Origin: a virus
Taxonomy: Duplodnaviria; Heunggongvirae; Uroviricota; Caudoviricetes
Reading direction: 5' to 3' (one strand)
IMG/VR virus record: IMGVR_UViG_3300043418_000226
DNA: 64,000 nt
The translations under genes and the position numbers were made by a program. The stretch's first letter is position 1. Each line of letters begins with the position of its first letter. The notes below the pieces were generated by a model. That model saw nothing but the letters and a program-made list of their open reading frames with translations, did not search any database and was not told where the DNA came from. Of the stretch, positions 62,328 through 64,000 are shown in pieces.

Positions 62328-62759
62328 ATGAAAGACTTTAAATTTTTTCAGAAAGAGAAGAGACTGATGTTTTCCGGGTTAATTGAAAGTTTACGAACTG
62401 ACAATGGTGCCATTGATTTAACAACAAGAGGGACCGTTCGGGACTATTATAGAAATCAAATTGAGGGTACTTTTTACCCAAATGAAAATAATGAAATTGA
62501 CGATCAGGTTATTCGGATGGTGGATGAATATTTTAATGATAATCAAGGTATAGCCATACAAACTGAATTCCTACGGATGGAGATAACAAGTCATGAGATT
62601 AATAACAATTATCTTTACGATTCATTTGTTGATAATACTCACTTGATAAATGTCGATGTTCGAGTTAGAAACTCTCCCTACGGTCCAATCCAATATCTTC
62701 TCACTAAAAATGAGGGTGGATTCATTTACATTACAGAAAAAAGAATAGAAAGCCGATGA
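62328..62759 (+). CDS. FKF-tag family protein
   Basis: MKDFKFFQK start. Confidence 0.7.
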   Translation: MKDFKFFQKEKRLMFSGLIESLRTDNGAIDLTTRGTVRDYYRNQIEGTFYPNENNEIDDQVIRMVDEYFNDNQGIAIQTEFLRMEITSHEINNNYLYDSFVDNTHLINVDVRVRNSPYGPIQYLLTKNEGGFIYITEKRIESR

Positions 62760-63064
62760 TAGATTTTAAATTTTTTCAGAAAGATATTGAATCTTTACCA
62801 CATTTTCATCCGGATATGTTATTTAGATATCATTATCTTATTGACCGAGTATACACGGACAGGTTTGAAAATGAGGTACATGATATTGATAATATGAACA
62901 TATTTGATGACATATTTACCATGATTGAACGTGGTGAATTGGCTTCATTTAATTCTATAAGGGGATATATCGAACAAAGATACTATACCATAACCGGTAT
63001 TTTCATTTCCATTACGGATGAAAAACACAACCAATTAATGTACCAATCAACTTATTTAACATAA
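62756..63064 (+). CDS. FKF-tag family protein
   Basis: MIDFKFFQK start. Confidence 0.7.
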   Translation: MIDFKFFQKDIESLPHFHPDMLFRYHYLIDRVYTDRFENEVHDIDNMNIFDDIFTMIERGELASFNSIRGYIEQRYYTITGIFISITDEKHNQLMYQSTYLT

Positions 63065-63066
63065 GA

Positions 63067-63381
63067 ATGAAAGACTTTAAATTTTTCAGTAAAGATAAGG
63101 AAATTCCAATATATATTCGAAGATTACATGCGTTTAATTCTAAATTGGCTGAGTTGTATCATATGCGTACCAATTTCCCATATGATAGTAATGAGTTTGG
63201 AATAACGGTTTCCATTTGTGACAATGTAAACCGAGCCATTAATTCGGGACATGCGACTCGATACCAAGAGATATCGTGGTTTTATCACGCCAAGTTCCTT
63301 AATGAATTCAGTGTAGATTACCAACCAACAAGAGAGATAGTTGATTTAATAATAAATCAGGTAGAGAATGAAATCGTTTAA
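63067..63381 (+). CDS. FKF-tag family protein
   Basis: MKDFKFF start. Confidence 0.7.
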   Translation: MKDFKFFSKDKEIPIYIRRLHAFNSKLAELYHMRTNFPYDSNEFGITVSICDNVNRAINSGHATRYQEISWFYHAKFLNEFSVDYQPTREIVDLIINQVENEIV

Positions 63382-63607
63382 GTTTTTACGGAGTTCAACA
63401 ATTAGACGCGTAGACGTTCATGTCCATGGTTTACACATTGAAATACTGACGGATCTTCCAATGTATCAAATACGGACAATAATGTTTAATATACTTGACC
63501 CATTCCTATTCCAACCTTATCATATTATCAATAAAAATAGGGTACAACATATGTTAAATGAGAGATTCAATGGTAACGCAAATATAGTAGGGGATGAAAT
63601 CGTTTAA
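63368..63607 (+). CDS. FKF-tag family protein
   Basis: MKSFKFL start. Confidence 0.7.
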   Translation: MKSFKFLRSSTIRRVDVHVHGLHIEILTDLPMYQIRTIMFNILDPFLFQPYHIINKNRVQHMLNERFNGNANIVGDEIV

Positions 63608-64000
63608 GTTTTTTCAGAAAGAGGCGGTATCAATTAGTTTACCCACAGCAATGAGGGTGGAAGCAAGAACCATTGCTGGTGAACTTATGGCAGTTGAACC
63701 GGTGAGTCCACCATCAACCCCTGATTTTTGTCTTAGGGTATATAATGATAAAATCTTTACCAAATATAGTGATTATTATAATTTTCCCTTAGATAGTGAA
63801 GAACATTCACGAATGGTGTCCATATATGAAACCGCAAATGAATTCATTCATAACCGACATATTGTTAACTACGATGCATTAAGGAATTTTTACTACATAA
63901 ATTACGAAGATTTCCATAATACACCTAACGTTCCTCACCATTTGATGGAATATGTCATAACGGATGATGTTCACGATAGGATGATTGAAAACACGGAACG
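63594..64000 (+). CDS. FKF-tag family protein with Gol-like capsid peptide (3' truncated, not in ORF track)
   Basis: Open frame from ATG 63594 to the window end: MKSFKFFQKEAVSISLPTAMRVEARTIAGELMAVEPVSPPS... Confidence 0.7.
   Translation, partial: MKSFKFFQKEAVSISLPTAMRVEARTIAGELMAVEPVSPPSTPDFCLRVYNDKIFTKYSDYYNFPLDSEEHSRMVSIYETANEFIHNRHIVNYDALRNFYYINYEDFHNTPNVPHHLMEYVITDDVHDRMIENTE

Larger units (their letters stand above)
1..64000 (+). mobile_element. Segment of a large/jumbo bacteriophage genome, probable Bacteroidota host
   Basis: Dense co-oriented small ORFs, free-standing homing endonucleases, phage-type auxiliary genes, Bacteroidota promoter consensus, no bacterial housekeeping operons. 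Confidence 0.9.

Noticed and set aside
601-63324. Most minus-strand and nested ORFs in the track (e.g. 2267-2668, 7741-7959, 55393-55575, 56268-56486, 56680-56925)
   Set aside because: Shadows of + strand genes or chance frames across the ncRNA array
58260-63607. RF2-style +1 frameshift fusing consecutive FKF genes at NTT-TAA
   Set aside because: Only one of six junctions has CTT, and each downstream gene has its own ATG
1-64000. Stop-codon reassignment
   Set aside because: Recognisable enzymes are full length in code 11, and TAG/TGA occur at sensible gene ends
48374-64000. Integron or diversity-generating retroelement behind the small-gene array
   Set aside because: No attC-like palindromes, integrase, reverse transcriptase or TR/VR pair visible in the window

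Overview
AT-rich, gene-dense, almost entirely + strand fragment of a large (probably jumbo, T4-like) bacteriophage. The host is very likely Bacteroidota: TTTG-N19-20-TAnnTTTG promoters recur and translation starts are A-rich with no Shine-Dalgarno. No core structural or replication operon is present; this is an accessory, host-takeover region. It encodes nucleotide metabolism (thyA split by a homing endonuclease, DHFR, nucleotidases), an RNA/tRNA repair and maturation set (CCA-adding enzyme, Thg1, Rnl2-type ligase, HAD phosphatases, Pth2-like, YqeY) and a likely counter-defence set (Acb1-like 2H phosphoesterase, NAMPT plus Prs-like pair, NADAR, macrodomain, HD hydrolase). Two things stand out. 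(1) A ~1.9 kb non-coding transcription unit (55.0-56.9 kb) holds seven tRNA-like scaffolds with conserved, covarying acceptor and T arms but a different structured insert in each. (2) Sixteen otherwise dissimilar small ORFs (48-64 kb) share an N-terminal M-x(2-3)-F-K-F-[F/L] tag, and two of them appear to carry fragments of a gp23-type major capsid protein. All functional calls come from motifs recognised by eye; no searches were run. Many short hypothetical ORFs are not listed individually.
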